A DNA stretch of 64,000 bases from a virus (lineage: Duplodnaviria > Caudoviricetes), in the IMG/VR virus record IMGVR_UViG_2974611114_000001, positions 1-64,000 of that record. One strand, given 5' to 3'. The translations under genes were made by a program, and so were the position numbers. Below are positions 31,222 to 41,745 of this stretch, piece after piece. How positions within the stretch are numbered: the first letter of the stretch is position 1; each line of letters opens with the position of its first letter. The notes beneath the pieces were generated by a model. The model ran no database searches. It was not told the origin of the DNA and saw nothing but the letters and a program-made list of their open reading frames with translations.

Positions 31222-31578
31222 TTATTTATTTTCCTCTTTAAATATAAGTTTTTGCTGAAATTTTTGGATTAAAGGATTGGATTCCACTATCTCTGCTGGA
31301 AGCCATGCTGGATATGAAACCATCGGCAGTGACGTATCGCCTGTTAGCTTAAACGTTGCATAGTTTCTTAGTGCGAGTATACCAACATACTCTGCGAGTG
31401 TTCTATCGTCTAGCCCATATGGGTTATCCAATATAACAGACTCATTTATGATAAAAGAGTTTCCTCGTATAGCTGTAGTAGCTTCAGGATTCTCTTTCAT
31501 ATATCGTAGATACTGAATTATGAGATCAGCTTTTCCATAGCTAAGTAGGTATATCTTTTCGTAATCAAAGAATATCAT
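31222..31578 (-). CDS. conserved T5-like hypothetical protein
   Basis: MIFFDYEKIY...LAEY; synteny. Confidence 0.75.
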   Translation of the reverse strand: MIFFDYEKIYLLSYGKADLIIQYLRYMKENPEATTAIRGNSFIINESVILDNPYGLDDRTLAEYVGILALRNYATFKLTGDTSLPMVSYPAWLPAEIVESNPLIQKFQQKLIFKEENK

Positions 31579-31606
31579 TTATTAAATCTCTCAACTCAAT
31601 ACATAT

Positions 31607-31731
31607 ATTATACTAAAGTTTTTGGAAATCTGCAAATAAAATTTTTAATTAACTGACTCAACTTCACTTGCAGATTCTTTCTTTCCTCAACTTTATGTAA
31701 TTATTATATCAAACATCTTGTTCTTTGGCAA
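31607..31731 (-). promoter_or_regulatory. tandem sigma70-type promoters
   Basis: TTGCCA-17-TATAAT (31731-31703) and TTGCAG-17-TATAAT (31635-31607). Confidence 0.75.
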
Positions 31732-33103
31732 ATGCAATTTTTCTTAAATTATCGAACGCCTCCTCAGACATACGAATTATTTGCCAACCATTATTAGAGT
31801 ACGTTCTGCGTCTGTGTGATGCTTGACGTTCTCCGGTGCCACCCTTAAGTTGAGTATCTACAACAACTGGCATCAATTTACCTTCAGCTTTACGTTGTAT
31901 ACGTGCTACTATCTGCTCTATAAGAGATTCGTTATCCCCTATAATGTTAGCAGTGATTAAGCAGGATAGTTCATTAAGTGAAACACCCTCTGAAAAAATT
32001 GAAGATGCAGCTACTAGTATGCAACCTTTTGGCTCCTTGGCTACGTCCTGCATTATCCTCTCTCGTTCATCTAGATCTAGAACCTGCCCAGTTATTGAGT
32101 ATACTGGAATACCTGCTTCTTGGAAGAACTCTTCTATCTTATTAATAAGCCAAGTTCTCTCAGAAGTTATAAGTATTTTATGCCCTAGCCTATAATAGAC
32201 GTACGCCTTTTCCATAATGTGCTGAAAGAACTCTGGGTTTTCATAGACAGAGTTAGCTCTAGTTCCCCACGGTATATTTCTATTACCATCAATAGGTACA
32301 TCTATAGTATAGGCATGGATAACAGGGTCAAGTACATTATCTTTTTCTGGCTTAATAATATTATACCCAAAATAGTCCTTGAACATTGCCTGTAGACCAT
32401 CTTTGCGTTTTAATGTACCAGATAGCCCAATACGTATACGAGCTGCATTGGACTCTAGAAAGTTGGTAAATGTTGTTGCAACACAGTGATGCATTTCATC
32501 TAATACAACTAATCCAAATTCTTCACTTAGCTCATTAGCCATCATATTCAGGGTTCTAATATTGCCTACAACTATGCTATGACCTACATAGTCCCGCTTA
32601 CCATCTCCTATAATTCCTGGAGTAATACCAAACCATCTCTTTATCTCTTTAACCCACATTCCTAGCAGGTTAAGGTTATGCACAACAATTAAGGTTTTTT
32701 GTTGTAAATGCCACATAACATAGAGAGCCCATATAGTCTTACCAAATCCAGGGTTACCGTGCATTATACACGTAGGTTCTCCATCACTTTCGAACTTTAG
32801 GAATTCATCAAATGCTGCCTGTTGACCTGGGTACAGCTCAAAGCTGGGTTTAGGTATTTTGGCAGGAATGACAGCTCTCTTGTCTACTATAGTTACATTA
32901 GGTATCTCTGCTAATAAATCCTTAACTCTAGTTGGTGGTATGCAGTGCACATCATTTACAGACCAAGCGTTCTGGAATCTTCTAGGGTACTGAGCATGTG
33001 GGTCTTGTATCTCATAATAGCATTGCTCTTTGCAGTATTCCCAGAACTCCTTTGAAACGGCACTAGTTTTAAACATGGCACGCTTTTTAATAACAACTTT
33101 CAT
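31709..33103 (-). CDS. SF2 helicase (D10-like)
   Basis: GNPGFGKT, DEMHH, SGT, EQIVARIQR. Confidence 0.93.
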   Translation of the reverse strand: MKVVIKKRAMFKTSAVSKEFWEYCKEQCYYEIQDPHAQYPRRFQNAWSVNDVHCIPPTRVKDLLAEIPNVTIVDKRAVIPAKIPKPSFELYPGQQAAFDEFLKFESDGEPTCIMHGNPGFGKTIWALYVMWHLQQKTLIVVHNLNLLGMWVKEIKRWFGITPGIIGDGKRDYVGHSIVVGNIRTLNMMANELSEEFGLVVLDEMHHCVATTFTNFLESNAARIRIGLSGTLKRKDGLQAMFKDYFGYNIIKPEKDNVLDPVIHAYTIDVPIDGNRNIPWGTRANSVYENPEFFQHIMEKAYVYYRLGHKILITSERTWLINKIEEFFQEAGIPVYSITGQVLDLDERERIMQDVAKEPKGCILVAASSIFSEGVSLNELSCLITANIIGDNESLIEQIVARIQRKAEGKLMPVVVDTQLKGGTGERQASHRRRTYSNNGWQIIRMSEEAFDNLRKIAFAKEQDV

Positions 33104-33600
33104 AGTTTAACTCTATACCTCCTAGTTTCGGGATATTCTCTGTGCACATCAAAGACTACTAATGCTCCATTATAGTTAACTACAGAAATATACTTAGCTT
33201 CGCAGTCTGTTATAATGGGGGATAGACTACCCTTTACAAAGTTCTGATAAGTACCGTTAAACGTCTGATTAGATATACTTACTCTTTTAACTTCTATTGG
33301 GTAGAACTTAGTACGTCTGACTCTACGAATATCCCCATCGGGGGTTATAATATATTTAGCTCCAGATCTAATAAACTGACTAATCGTAGTTATGCGTTTC
33401 TGTAGGGGGTAAAGTTTATATGGCAACTTCATAGAGGAGAGTATTAATCTTCTCTTGGCATAGTTACCCGGAAGACTAGGCATATCAAAGACATACCTAG
33501 TTAAGTGGCTCTGTATAATTACAAAGCCATCTTCTGTAAACTTATCAACAAATCCACGCATAATGTATGCTGGTAGCTCTAAACCCTTACGCGACTTCAT
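33100..33600 (-). CDS. conserved T5-like hypothetical protein
   Basis: Synteny between pol and D10; GNYAKRR motif. Confidence 0.7.
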   Translation of the reverse strand: MKSRKGLELPAYIMRGFVDKFTEDGFVIIQSHLTRYVFDMPSLPGNYAKRRLILSSMKLPYKLYPLQKRITTISQFIRSGAKYIITPDGDIRRVRRTKFYPIEVKRVSISNQTFNGTYQNFVKGSLSPIITDCEAKYISVVNYNGALVVFDVHREYPETRRYRVKL

Positions 33601-34418
33601 TTAGTTTAGGCAACCAAGGGAAATTTCCCTCTACTAAGAAATTCCACTCAGCCCTAAAATTATCACACCCCCAGATAATCTTCTTGAGCTCAGGGAACTG
33701 CTCCTCAATAGTTTCTAGATTACGCTTATTCTCTATGCTAGATACAATATCTTCGGCTCCGACTTCAGCTATACGCTCCATAACACTGCGCATTGTTGCT
33801 TCGAAGTCTGGATCCCCAATAACCGCAATAGCAGGGTGTTGACTACGTAATTTACCACAAGAGTAGTCTACGGATCCTCCTTCTTCTGAGTCCATGCCAA
33901 CACCGATAGGGCAACCTTTAATACTAAGACCCCTATCTTCTTGGATGTTCCTAATTAAGATCTCTGAATACTGATCAATTAGGTCTTCACGAACTATAGC
34001 TACCACGGAGTCATGCACCAACATAATGATTTGCATTTCCTTGAGCAGTCCTAATCTTTCGATCTCTAGATCTGCATGGATTGCTCCTAATAATAGTGAG
34101 TCAGATGAGGCCCCCTGAATAATAGCATTAAACCCTGAACGTACCTCACCAGAGGCAATACCTCTATCTTCTGAGTTGATATTTAATAGTCTACGCTTAC
34201 GACCATAGTGTGAATAAATAAATCCGAACTGCTTAATCTGCTCGTGTGATCTATCAATCCAACGTTTCAACTCTGTAAACTTGTTAAAGTAGTCTGCAAT
34301 ATACTCATTAGCTTTAGCTGGGGTACATGGCTCAAAAGGCTCTCCAGTTTTAGCAGATTGTTCGAGAAGCGCCTCGTTAACTGCCTCCGCTACCTTAGCT
34401 GGACCGCTCCCGTACAAG
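33587..34418 (-). CDS. DNA polymerase (family A) exon 2
   Basis: LYGSGPAKVA continues motif B; IIQGASSD; motif C VHDS. Confidence 0.93.
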
Positions 34419-35528
34419 CATGTTACTCCACTGTTTCCAGTGGCATGGACTATACCTTATACCTAAGACACTAGGATATTACCTAGTTTTACGATTACCA
34501 TTAATAACAATATCCTCATATAGAGCATATTTTCTATCTAATCTGCATGACTCTGCTGTATTGGCATACATATAGTGTAGTAAATCTACAGATTTATTAG
34601 TATTTAAAGTGATAGTAAATATGTTGGCTTTTTCATACGACTTGTATGTTACATTCACTACTTCACTTAATACTTTATCTAGCCAGATCATGTTGGGTTT
34701 CGAGATAGAGAATCCTGTGTATAGGGTTGCCGTTCTAGAATTTACATTTGAGAAAGACTCACTTATGGTACCGTCCCCATCAAATAATCCCCTTAAAAAG
34801 TCCCTTAAATACTTTCCGAACACTGATATATCTGGTATTACAGTGCTAAGCGTTTTATTGGGGACTATGGAGTACTTTTCTAAGTCTTTACACATTTCTC
34901 TAGAGGTGAATTCTATCGCTCGTCTCTTATACCCATTGCATTCTTGTATAGTAAACTCAGTACTATTTGTAAATGCAGCAAACTTCTCTAGGTGGCGAAC
35001 ATCTCCTTCTTGTAGCATCAGTCTAACTCTACCTCTCGTGTCCACACAGCCATCAGCGTAGAGAAACCCAAGCCAATAGGCTGACTCCTCTGTGAGGGAG
35101 GAAAAGCAACCATTATACACATACTTTGGTACTTTTCTTCCCCATCCTTCCTTTGCTATTAGCTTCTTTAGTTTCCACTCGGGTATTCCAAATACTTCTG
35201 CTATTTTCGCTCTAGTTAGTTTGTCTTTCTTAAGTTTATCGTAATTGTCTTTGTTGATTTCCATACCTTCCCCTTATAAAAGTTAATGGGTAGGTAATCG
35301 TTCTTAGGTATCTCGCCGTATTATGAGTAATACACCCATCGCAGCAGTATCTGTTCTAGATACTCTGTCAGTCTCTGAACCATTTGATTTTGTCCCCAAA
35401 ACCTCTGGCTGCGGATTAGCATGTCATAGTAATATGAGTTAGCGTCCCCGACAATTGAGCGAGTTATTCTCTATATTTATTCAGCTGAGACTAGATTACT
35501 CTAGATCGGAACCTTTTATTCTTGGTTA
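34419..35528 (-). mobile_element. group I intron (IA2-like) in DNA polymerase, 1110 nt
   Basis: Exon ends in U paired to G in P1 (UCGGGAU/GUUCCGA); intron ends in G; P AAUUGUCGGGGA, Q AAUCCGCAGC, R GUUCAGAGACUGA, S AAGGUAUAGUCC; P9 CCACUG-GAAA-CAGUGG; removal restores F-G-I-L-Y-G in frame. Confidence 0.93.
34479..35264 (-). CDS. intron-encoded LAGLIDADG homing endonuclease with N-terminal HTH-like region
   Basis: YWLGFLYADG and FLRGLFDGDG motifs; lies in the loop of intron P8 (UACCUAAGA/UCUUAGGUA). Confidence 0.88.
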   Translation of the reverse strand: MEINKDNYDKLKKDKLTRAKIAEVFGIPEWKLKKLIAKEGWGRKVPKYVYNGCFSSLTEESAYWLGFLYADGCVDTRGRVRLMLQEGDVRHLEKFAAFTNSTEFTIQECNGYKRRAIEFTSREMCKDLEKYSIVPNKTLSTVIPDISVFGKYLRDFLRGLFDGDGTISESFSNVNSRTATLYTGFSISKPNMIWLDKVLSEVVNVTYKSYEKANIFTITLNTNKSVDLLHYMYANTAESCRLDRKYALYEDIVINGNRKTR

Positions 35529-37321
35529 ATCCCGAAGCTGATCGCCTTAGCTGCCTGTCTTAATGCTGGAAATAGTTTCTTGACTTCTCTTGGTTCACAA
35601 GGTAATTTAAATACCATATGTGCGATAGTTGCATGGAAGTCTGGGTAAGTATCGGGGTCTCTAGTCATATTGATAAAGACTTGTTGCATGTTCTTATCCC
35701 CTGACAGTACTGCTGCATAGTAAATTTCCGCAGTTGTCAAGTCATATGCAACTACTTTATACCCTGGAGGAGCATAGATACATCCCTTGATTATTGATTC
35801 ATCACGTGGAAGCTGTTGTAAGTTCATTTTACCAGAAGAACTTAAACGACCAGAGGTTGTTGTATGTAGGTGGAATCCGGTTCTAATCCTTCCATCACTA
35901 TCAATACTTTGTAAAACTTTCTCTACATACGTTGAGATTAGTTTAGTTGTTTTACGGATTTGCAGTAAAATATTAGCAATAGGATGTTGTTCTGCAATCT
36001 CCATTAGTGATTCCGCATCTGTAGATATAGCTCCTGCCTCTGTAAGCTTACCAGTAGGGGTTAGTCCTAGAATATCGAACAGAAGTACCCGTAGCTGAAC
36101 AACAGAGTTTGGATTAAACCGAGCACCTTGTTCCCTTTCTAGTATTTGTACCTCTTCAAATTCGTATAGCTTTCTCACGTATTCGTTTAACTTATCTGTG
36201 AGCAATTGGTGTGCTAAGTTAAGTCGCTGAACATTGATAGGTACACCACGATCCTCAACACGCTGTAAGAAGCGACAGCCTGGCATGATAATAGTCTGAT
36301 ACAATGATAAGAACTGAGGGTTTGCAACAATTTTCGGATAGAACTTATTGAAGATTCTTAGCGTAGCGTCTGTGTCCTTACTAGCATAAGGCCACATGAT
36401 ATCAAAAGGAATCAGATCATATGTAAAATCCGCCTTCTTAATTTTATGCTTCTTGCAATAATCTTCCTTGAATTTATCTAGCTCAAAGTCGTAGTCACCC
36501 ATATCTGTATAATTCATGGCTAATTGCTTCAAGCCATGAGTACCCTTACGCTCATCTAGAATATAATGAATAAGCATTGTATCGTGTAGACGGTTTTCAT
36601 CATATGCCTTCTCATATGAGAGACCGAAGTGATATGTATACATATGTTGGTCAAACTTTAAGTTATGGAATACTATAGGTCTATCTTTCTGGTCAAATAG
36701 AACTTGAATTTTGTGGGTAACTCGTTCAGAAATAACATCAGCGTCAATATATACACCTTGATACTCTTCATGGGAAATTGATAACCCTAGTACATAACAG
36801 TTTCTAGCATACAGACCAGAGGTCTCCGAGTCAAACGCTAAAGGTGTAGTTGCTGGATCTGTCATTGTCACAAGCATGTTAACATAATCAAATGCTTCTT
36901 GCTCATCTACTATAGGTCTATAATTTCCTGGCTTCGGTGCTGTTAACTTACCTGTAATTATCTTATCAATGTTACTAACAGTTTCCTCAAACACTGGACG
37001 CATTTCAGGCTTGAAGTGTAGTTGCGCTGGGCTAATACTTGGGATCCACCCAGCATACCCTTGATCTTCTACCAATTTACCAGTATAATCTGAAATACCC
37101 GTTCTTTTGGTAAAATGCTTAAAGGGATCTGCACCAATTAAGATAACAAAATCATAATCGTGTGGATTAAATGGATTTTGTGGTGTTCCGATAGTAATAT
37201 CTTTCTTATATACTTTCTTTACACTAACGTCCGTCATGTGAAATACGTCTAAATCTGGAATACCAAAGTGTCTAGAGTAATTAGTATTACTTGGACATTT
37301 ATCAACTAAAGCTATTTTCAT
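35529..37321 (-). CDS. DNA polymerase (family A) exon 1
   Basis: 3'-5' exo DSETSG and HNLKFD; TTSGRLSSS; motif A YDLTTAE; motif B RQAAKAISFG. Confidence 0.95.
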
Positions 37322-37380
37322 ATTTTCTCCTTATGTTGGATGAGTACAATGTCAATATTCCTCCTACGAATCCAACTAAT

Positions 37381-37409
37381 ATTATATCAAGAATTGAGCT
37401 CTTCCGCAA
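37381..37409 (-). promoter_or_regulatory. promoter for DNA polymerase
   Basis: TTGCGG-17-TATAAT overlapping the end of the primase gene. Confidence 0.6.
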
Positions 37410-38268
37410 CTAAAATATCTATTTTAGCTTGTAGTATCTCAATCTCTTCCGGGGTTAAGTCCCCTGGATCCTTTCCTACAGGTAAGAACTGATTAGCAAC
37501 TATAGGTATTAAATTAGTTTTATCTCTAATCATCTTACTTAATAGATTGGCACTATCATTACCAGATTTATCGTTATCTAGTAATATAACAACCACCCTA
37601 GTGCCTGCTAATTCAAAAGGCATTAGTTTATCTTGAACTGTCTTAAATGAGAACTGATGTGTACCAAATATACAAGATACATTGGTTAGCCCTTTGTCCT
37701 CTAGATTTAACATATCAAATATACCCTCTACTAATATTAGTACGGGTTCATTTACTCTCACAGGGAATACGGGTAGTGGTACCTCTCTCGGCTTAACCAA
37801 GTATTTTGGTTTAGCATCCCCAAGCATAGTTCTACCCAAGAAAGCTAGGATTCCCCCTTGTGGATTGGTTATAGGAAAAACTAGTCTATGTTCCCACTCA
37901 CTTTGTTGTGTAAAAGTGAAATACTTTTCGAACGTCTCTGCTCGTATACCCCTGTACTCCTCCTTGAACATTAGGGCGGATTCTGGAATTTGCTGTAAGG
38001 CGCTGGAAGTTGTTATTTCACGTATAATTCTACGAACCCTTGCAAGTTTTCCCGTAGATCTTTCTATTCCCTTATTGAAGTAATGGAATATGCTAGGGAT
38101 ACCCTTACCAAATCCACACGCTAGGCAATGCATTACACCCGTTTCTCTATCTATACGTAGAGATGGGTTTTCATCAACGTGATCAGGGTTAAGGCAGGGG
38201 ATAATTAAATCCCCTCCTGCTTCCGTAAAACTTATACCTTTTATTTCTAGTAGCTGTTCTACATTCAT
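37387..38268 (-). CDS. DNA primase (DnaG-like)
   Basis: Zn finger CLNPDH...CLACG; TOPRIM VEGIFD, LDNDKSG, KDPG. Confidence 0.93.
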   Translation of the reverse strand: MNVEQLLEIKGISFTEAGGDLIIPCLNPDHVDENPSLRIDRETGVMHCLACGFGKGIPSIFHYFNKGIERSTGKLARVRRIIREITTSSALQQIPESALMFKEEYRGIRAETFEKYFTFTQQSEWEHRLVFPITNPQGGILAFLGRTMLGDAKPKYLVKPREVPLPVFPVRVNEPVLILVEGIFDMLNLEDKGLTNVSCIFGTHQFSFKTVQDKLMPFELAGTRVVVILLDNDKSGNDSANLLSKMIRDKTNLIPIVANQFLPVGKDPGDLTPEEIEILQAKIDILVAEELNS

Positions 38269-39770
38269 AAGTCTTGTGCTCCTTGTGGTACGCTAGGAGC
38301 TACTGTATCGGATTGCTTTCTACTTGAGCTTTTCTCTTTCTTAGGCTTATCACCGAATGACAGTGCAAATTCTGCTCCTATTTCACACATAACTTCTTCT
38401 TTAGATAACGTCTTAGTATTATCTATAACTAGGTTCTCCCAGTTTATAGGCTGAGTGAATACGCATGGGTCTAAGTTACGTACTTTAGTAGACTCATACT
38501 GTATTGCACCAGAGAAATCCCTCTCTCCCTCTGGTTTACCCTCTTGGTTTGGTATGCGTGCTGGGTTAAGAATCAGTGCTATATCACATGCGTCCAGTAT
38601 ACCTTTTGACATCCTAGCCTCACCAGACTTGTCTATCTGATAAGGTGATACTCCAGGCATCTCTAGCTCTACGCATGCTTCTTTGAACTCCTTAGCTACT
38701 GCCATCTGAGGAGTCCAGTCAAACCTGTCTGATTCTTTAACTCCCTCTTGCATAACCTGATTAAGGTAGTCTAATACTATTGTTCCTAATCTTTCTTCTC
38801 CATACTTAGATCTTAAAGTTCTAACATGCGCCTTTAGTCTAGGTATTGTTAGTTTAGGGTCATAAATTATAGGCATAGGAGTTATCTCTTCTAGAGTTAT
38901 TAGCTCAGATTCTAACTCAAATGCATCACTTACTTTCTGTACTTTGTACTTGCGCAGAAACTTCTCTACTAAATCAATTCCACCATCATGTAGTCTCCCC
39001 CTAGTTCTTAATAATTGCTCTACTTCCTCTGGTTCTAATGTGCCTTTTCTCATTCTGGATGCTGATACACCAGATAGTATAGCCATGTTTCTAGCAAATA
39101 TCTGATTACCAGGCATTTCTAATGTAAAGTACGGGTCTATAGTTCCCATAATATGATGCTTTACTTGAATGTTACTACACGTTATTGATTTACCAGACCC
39201 TCGGTAACCTCCTAGATACAATACCTCTCCTGGGGTTAGCCCTCCAGCGTACTGATCAAAGAAATCACTTATACCAAATGGTACAAAAATATTACCAGAT
39301 CCATGTTCTGGAAATAGAATAAAGCTTGAGGCTGTTTCTATCGCAGACGCAGTTCCTACTTCGTCCTCTATAATGCCTGCAAGGGAATTAACCCTTTCAA
39401 TAATTTCACCACTATCCAACTGAGTAATATCTTTGAGAACATTCTCCTCTATAAGATCTAGAGTCAAATCTTGAGTAAACTCATTAACTAAATATGTTAT
39501 AGATTCCTGGATAGGAACATCAGGTACTTGTGTCAAGTTCAAGACTGCAAGCGCTTGGGACAGTCTCACACTTCTATTTGTACTTAATGCTAACGTATCT
39601 AGGTTTGGAACATCCCCATGTTTCTGCTGATAATTCTGTATGGCGGCAAATATAGAAGAGAAAGAATCATTAAAGTATTTTTTATGTAAACGTGATATAG
39701 CATCCATAGCTACTGCTTTGTTGTCAGTAGTTAGTAGTTGCTTCAACACTATTGCTTGTACGTTATACAT
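38265..39770 (-). CDS. replicative DnaB-like helicase (D6-like)
   Basis: GGYRGSGKS, LEM, VLDYLNQ. Confidence 0.9.
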   Translation of the reverse strand: MYNVQAIVLKQLLTTDNKAVAMDAISRLHKKYFNDSFSSIFAAIQNYQQKHGDVPNLDTLALSTNRSVRLSQALAVLNLTQVPDVPIQESITYLVNEFTQDLTLDLIEENVLKDITQLDSGEIIERVNSLAGIIEDEVGTASAIETASSFILFPEHGSGNIFVPFGISDFFDQYAGGLTPGEVLYLGGYRGSGKSITCSNIQVKHHIMGTIDPYFTLEMPGNQIFARNMAILSGVSASRMRKGTLEPEEVEQLLRTRGRLHDGGIDLVEKFLRKYKVQKVSDAFELESELITLEEITPMPIIYDPKLTIPRLKAHVRTLRSKYGEERLGTIVLDYLNQVMQEGVKESDRFDWTPQMAVAKEFKEACVELEMPGVSPYQIDKSGEARMSKGILDACDIALILNPARIPNQEGKPEGERDFSGAIQYESTKVRNLDPCVFTQPINWENLVIDNTKTLSKEEVMCEIGAEFALSFGDKPKKEKSSSRKQSDTVAPSVPQGAQDL

Positions 39771-39809
39771 ATTCTCCCTCTTATTCGCAATTTAGTGCGC
39801 CTTCCATAT

Positions 39810-39845
39810 AAAAGAAAAGGGAGGAGAGCAAAGCCCTCCTCCCTT
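39810..39845 (-). terminator. intrinsic terminator after D5
   Basis: AAGGGAGGAG...CTCCTCCCTT stem followed by a T run on the minus strand. Confidence 0.8.
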
Positions 39846-39868
39846 AAGGTGATAATTACTAAAAGCTA

Positions 39869-40636
39869 TTATTTATTAGCTTCTTTAGCATCTAACTTAG
39901 CACGGCGAGCTGCACCTTTGTGGTCAACACAGTCACGTCCACGACGAGTAAGAGTACTACGAATACCACGTTCGTTCTTACCTAATTTTTCTGCTAACTC
40001 TGCAACGGTCATATTTTCAACATCTAAACCGTCAAACATGTCAACTGAAACTTTTTCTTTATGATCGCGCTGTGATGGTTGGGCATCTAGGCGACCTTCT
40101 TTAACTAAGCTCAGTGTTTTACCACGGATTTGAGCAACAGTCTTACCTAAAGTTTCAGCGATTTCTTCTAGGAACTTACCAGCAGAAGCTAAAGCAACGA
40201 TTTGATCTTCTTCTTCTGGTGTGAACTTACGAGGAGCCTTAGTAGCTTCTGTAGGCTTAACTTTTTCAGTTAATTGCAGAGCTAATACCTTACCTTGTAC
40301 TTGACGATAGTTGAACTTACCACCAGCGATAGCTGCTGCGATTTCACGGTAGGTTTTTTCGCCTTCGTTTGCATTCAGATAATCAACTAACTCAGCTTCC
40401 ATTTCAGGAGTCCATGGACTTTCTTTAGCATCAACTGCTAACTGAACTTTGTAGCCTAATTTACGCAGTTTAGAACTGATTTGACGAGCTGTTACAGCAC
40501 GTTCTGTTTCTTCTGCCATTTCGCCAGCGATAACAACAACTTGTTCTTGTGATACTTCATCAACACCAAGTGCGTTTGCTTTTGCTACTAAGATATCTGT
40601 ATTTGCTTCGTTCCACGTTAATTTTGCTTGACTCAT
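39869..40636 (-). CDS. D5-like DNA-binding transcription regulator
   Basis: Repeated HTH/Myb-like units (LTWNEAN, WTPEME, FTPEEE); ends LTRRGRDCVDHKGAA. Confidence 0.88.
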   Translation of the reverse strand: MSQAKLTWNEANTDILVAKANALGVDEVSQEQVVVIAGEMAEETERAVTARQISSKLRKLGYKVQLAVDAKESPWTPEMEAELVDYLNANEGEKTYREIAAAIAGGKFNYRQVQGKVLALQLTEKVKPTEATKAPRKFTPEEEDQIVALASAGKFLEEIAETLGKTVAQIRGKTLSLVKEGRLDAQPSQRDHKEKVSVDMFDGLDVENMTVAELAEKLGKNERGIRSTLTRRGRDCVDHKGAARRAKLDAKEANK

Positions 40637-40640
40637 TATT

Positions 40641-41399
40641 TTATTCCTTTGTATACTTACTTATTAAGTTTTCAATAGTACCTATCTCGATACCATTGTT
40701 CTGGGCTTTAAGAAAAGAAGAAGAAGTACGTTTACTTTCATCTTCACATATCAAATATTTGACTTCTTTTGTTACACTTGACTTAACTGTGAATCCTAGG
40801 TTCTCAAGATAAGCCTTTGCATCATTTCGATTCTTGAAATCATTTAAAGAACCAGTGATGCTTACTGCAATACCTAATGTCTTGGAAGCTACCGCTGTAT
40901 TACCAGAAGTAGATGTAAATTTCCAAGGAAGAGCCATAATCTCTTTACCTGTTTCAGAACATTTCCAAGACTCTAGGTTCTCCCCAGCCTTACCGCCTAA
41001 GCTAGCATTAGCTAATTCAGTAACTCCGAGGGTAGCTTTCTCAGATGCTACATCTCCAATTAATGGGATGGATAAAGAAGCAAGTAATTGTGCCATCGAC
41101 ACAAATCCCTTTAACTTATCCAATTCTGCATCCAGTTTTGTACCTACTTTGTCTCCAAAGTTTGATACTAGAGTTTCCTTATCTAGAGCAAATAGCTCTG
41201 GAATACCAGAAAGATTTAGCTTTTCTAAAGTCTTCTCACCGAATCCTTTGAGCTTCATCTTCTTACAAAAGTGTTCTAGAGATTTAGAGTTTTGAGCAGG
41301 GCAGTTATTAGTGTTCCGACAGAACAGTTGAGCATTCACTAGCTCCAATTTTGAACCGCACTCTGGACAATACTCTGGTGCAACTATTTTCATTTGCAT
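40641..41399 (-). CDS. NAD-dependent DNA ligase subunit B (Zn finger, HhH, BRCT)
   Basis: CPECGS...C...C, KGFGEKT, SIPLIG, ITGSL...SSVTK BRCT. Confidence 0.92.
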   Translation of the reverse strand: MQMKIVAPEYCPECGSKLELVNAQLFCRNTNNCPAQNSKSLEHFCKKMKLKGFGEKTLEKLNLSGIPELFALDKETLVSNFGDKVGTKLDAELDKLKGFVSMAQLLASLSIPLIGDVASEKATLGVTELANASLGGKAGENLESWKCSETGKEIMALPWKFTSTSGNTAVASKTLGIAVSITGSLNDFKNRNDAKAYLENLGFTVKSSVTKEVKYLICEDESKRTSSSFLKAQNNGIEIGTIENLISKYTKE

Positions 41400-41424
41400 T
41401 TCCTCTTTCCGACTTTATGTAAAT

Positions 41425-41547
41425 ATTATATCAATAATTTTGGTACTTAGCAAGTAAAAATTTAAGTAACTTGCTAAGAGCCTACTCAATAAACCTTTCG
41501 TTTCCGAACAATATAACTATTATACATAAAATCTATGTGTACGTCAA
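41425..41547 (-). promoter_or_regulatory. tandem sigma70-type promoters upstream of ligase B
   Basis: TTGACG-17-TATAAT (41547-41519) and TTGCTA-17-TATAAT (41453-41425). Confidence 0.78.
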
Positions 41548-41577
41548 GTAGATTTTAAAATTTGGGATCATATAACC

Positions 41578-41745
41578 TTAGTTATCGAGATTATCACACT
41601 CATCAATTATAATTAGATCTGCTTGTTCTCCACTATATGACTTACCTTCTTTATCTTGCCTATTTTTAGCATGATTTATTAAGTCTTGTAGTTCTTTATT
41701 CGTCATGCGTTTAGGTAGCATACCCGTTCGCTGTGCTCTAATCAT
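41578..41745 (-). CDS. small hypothetical protein
   Basis: ATG overlaps the ligA stop region; fills the ligA-ligB gap. Confidence 0.5.
   Translation of the reverse strand: MIRAQRTGMLPKRMTNKELQDLINHAKNRQDKEGKSYSGEQADLIIIDECDNLDN

Noticed and set aside
33587-37321. DNA polymerase as a pseudogene or as two subunits split by a free-standing endonuclease
   Set aside because: A complete group I intron core and an in-frame splice junction explain the split
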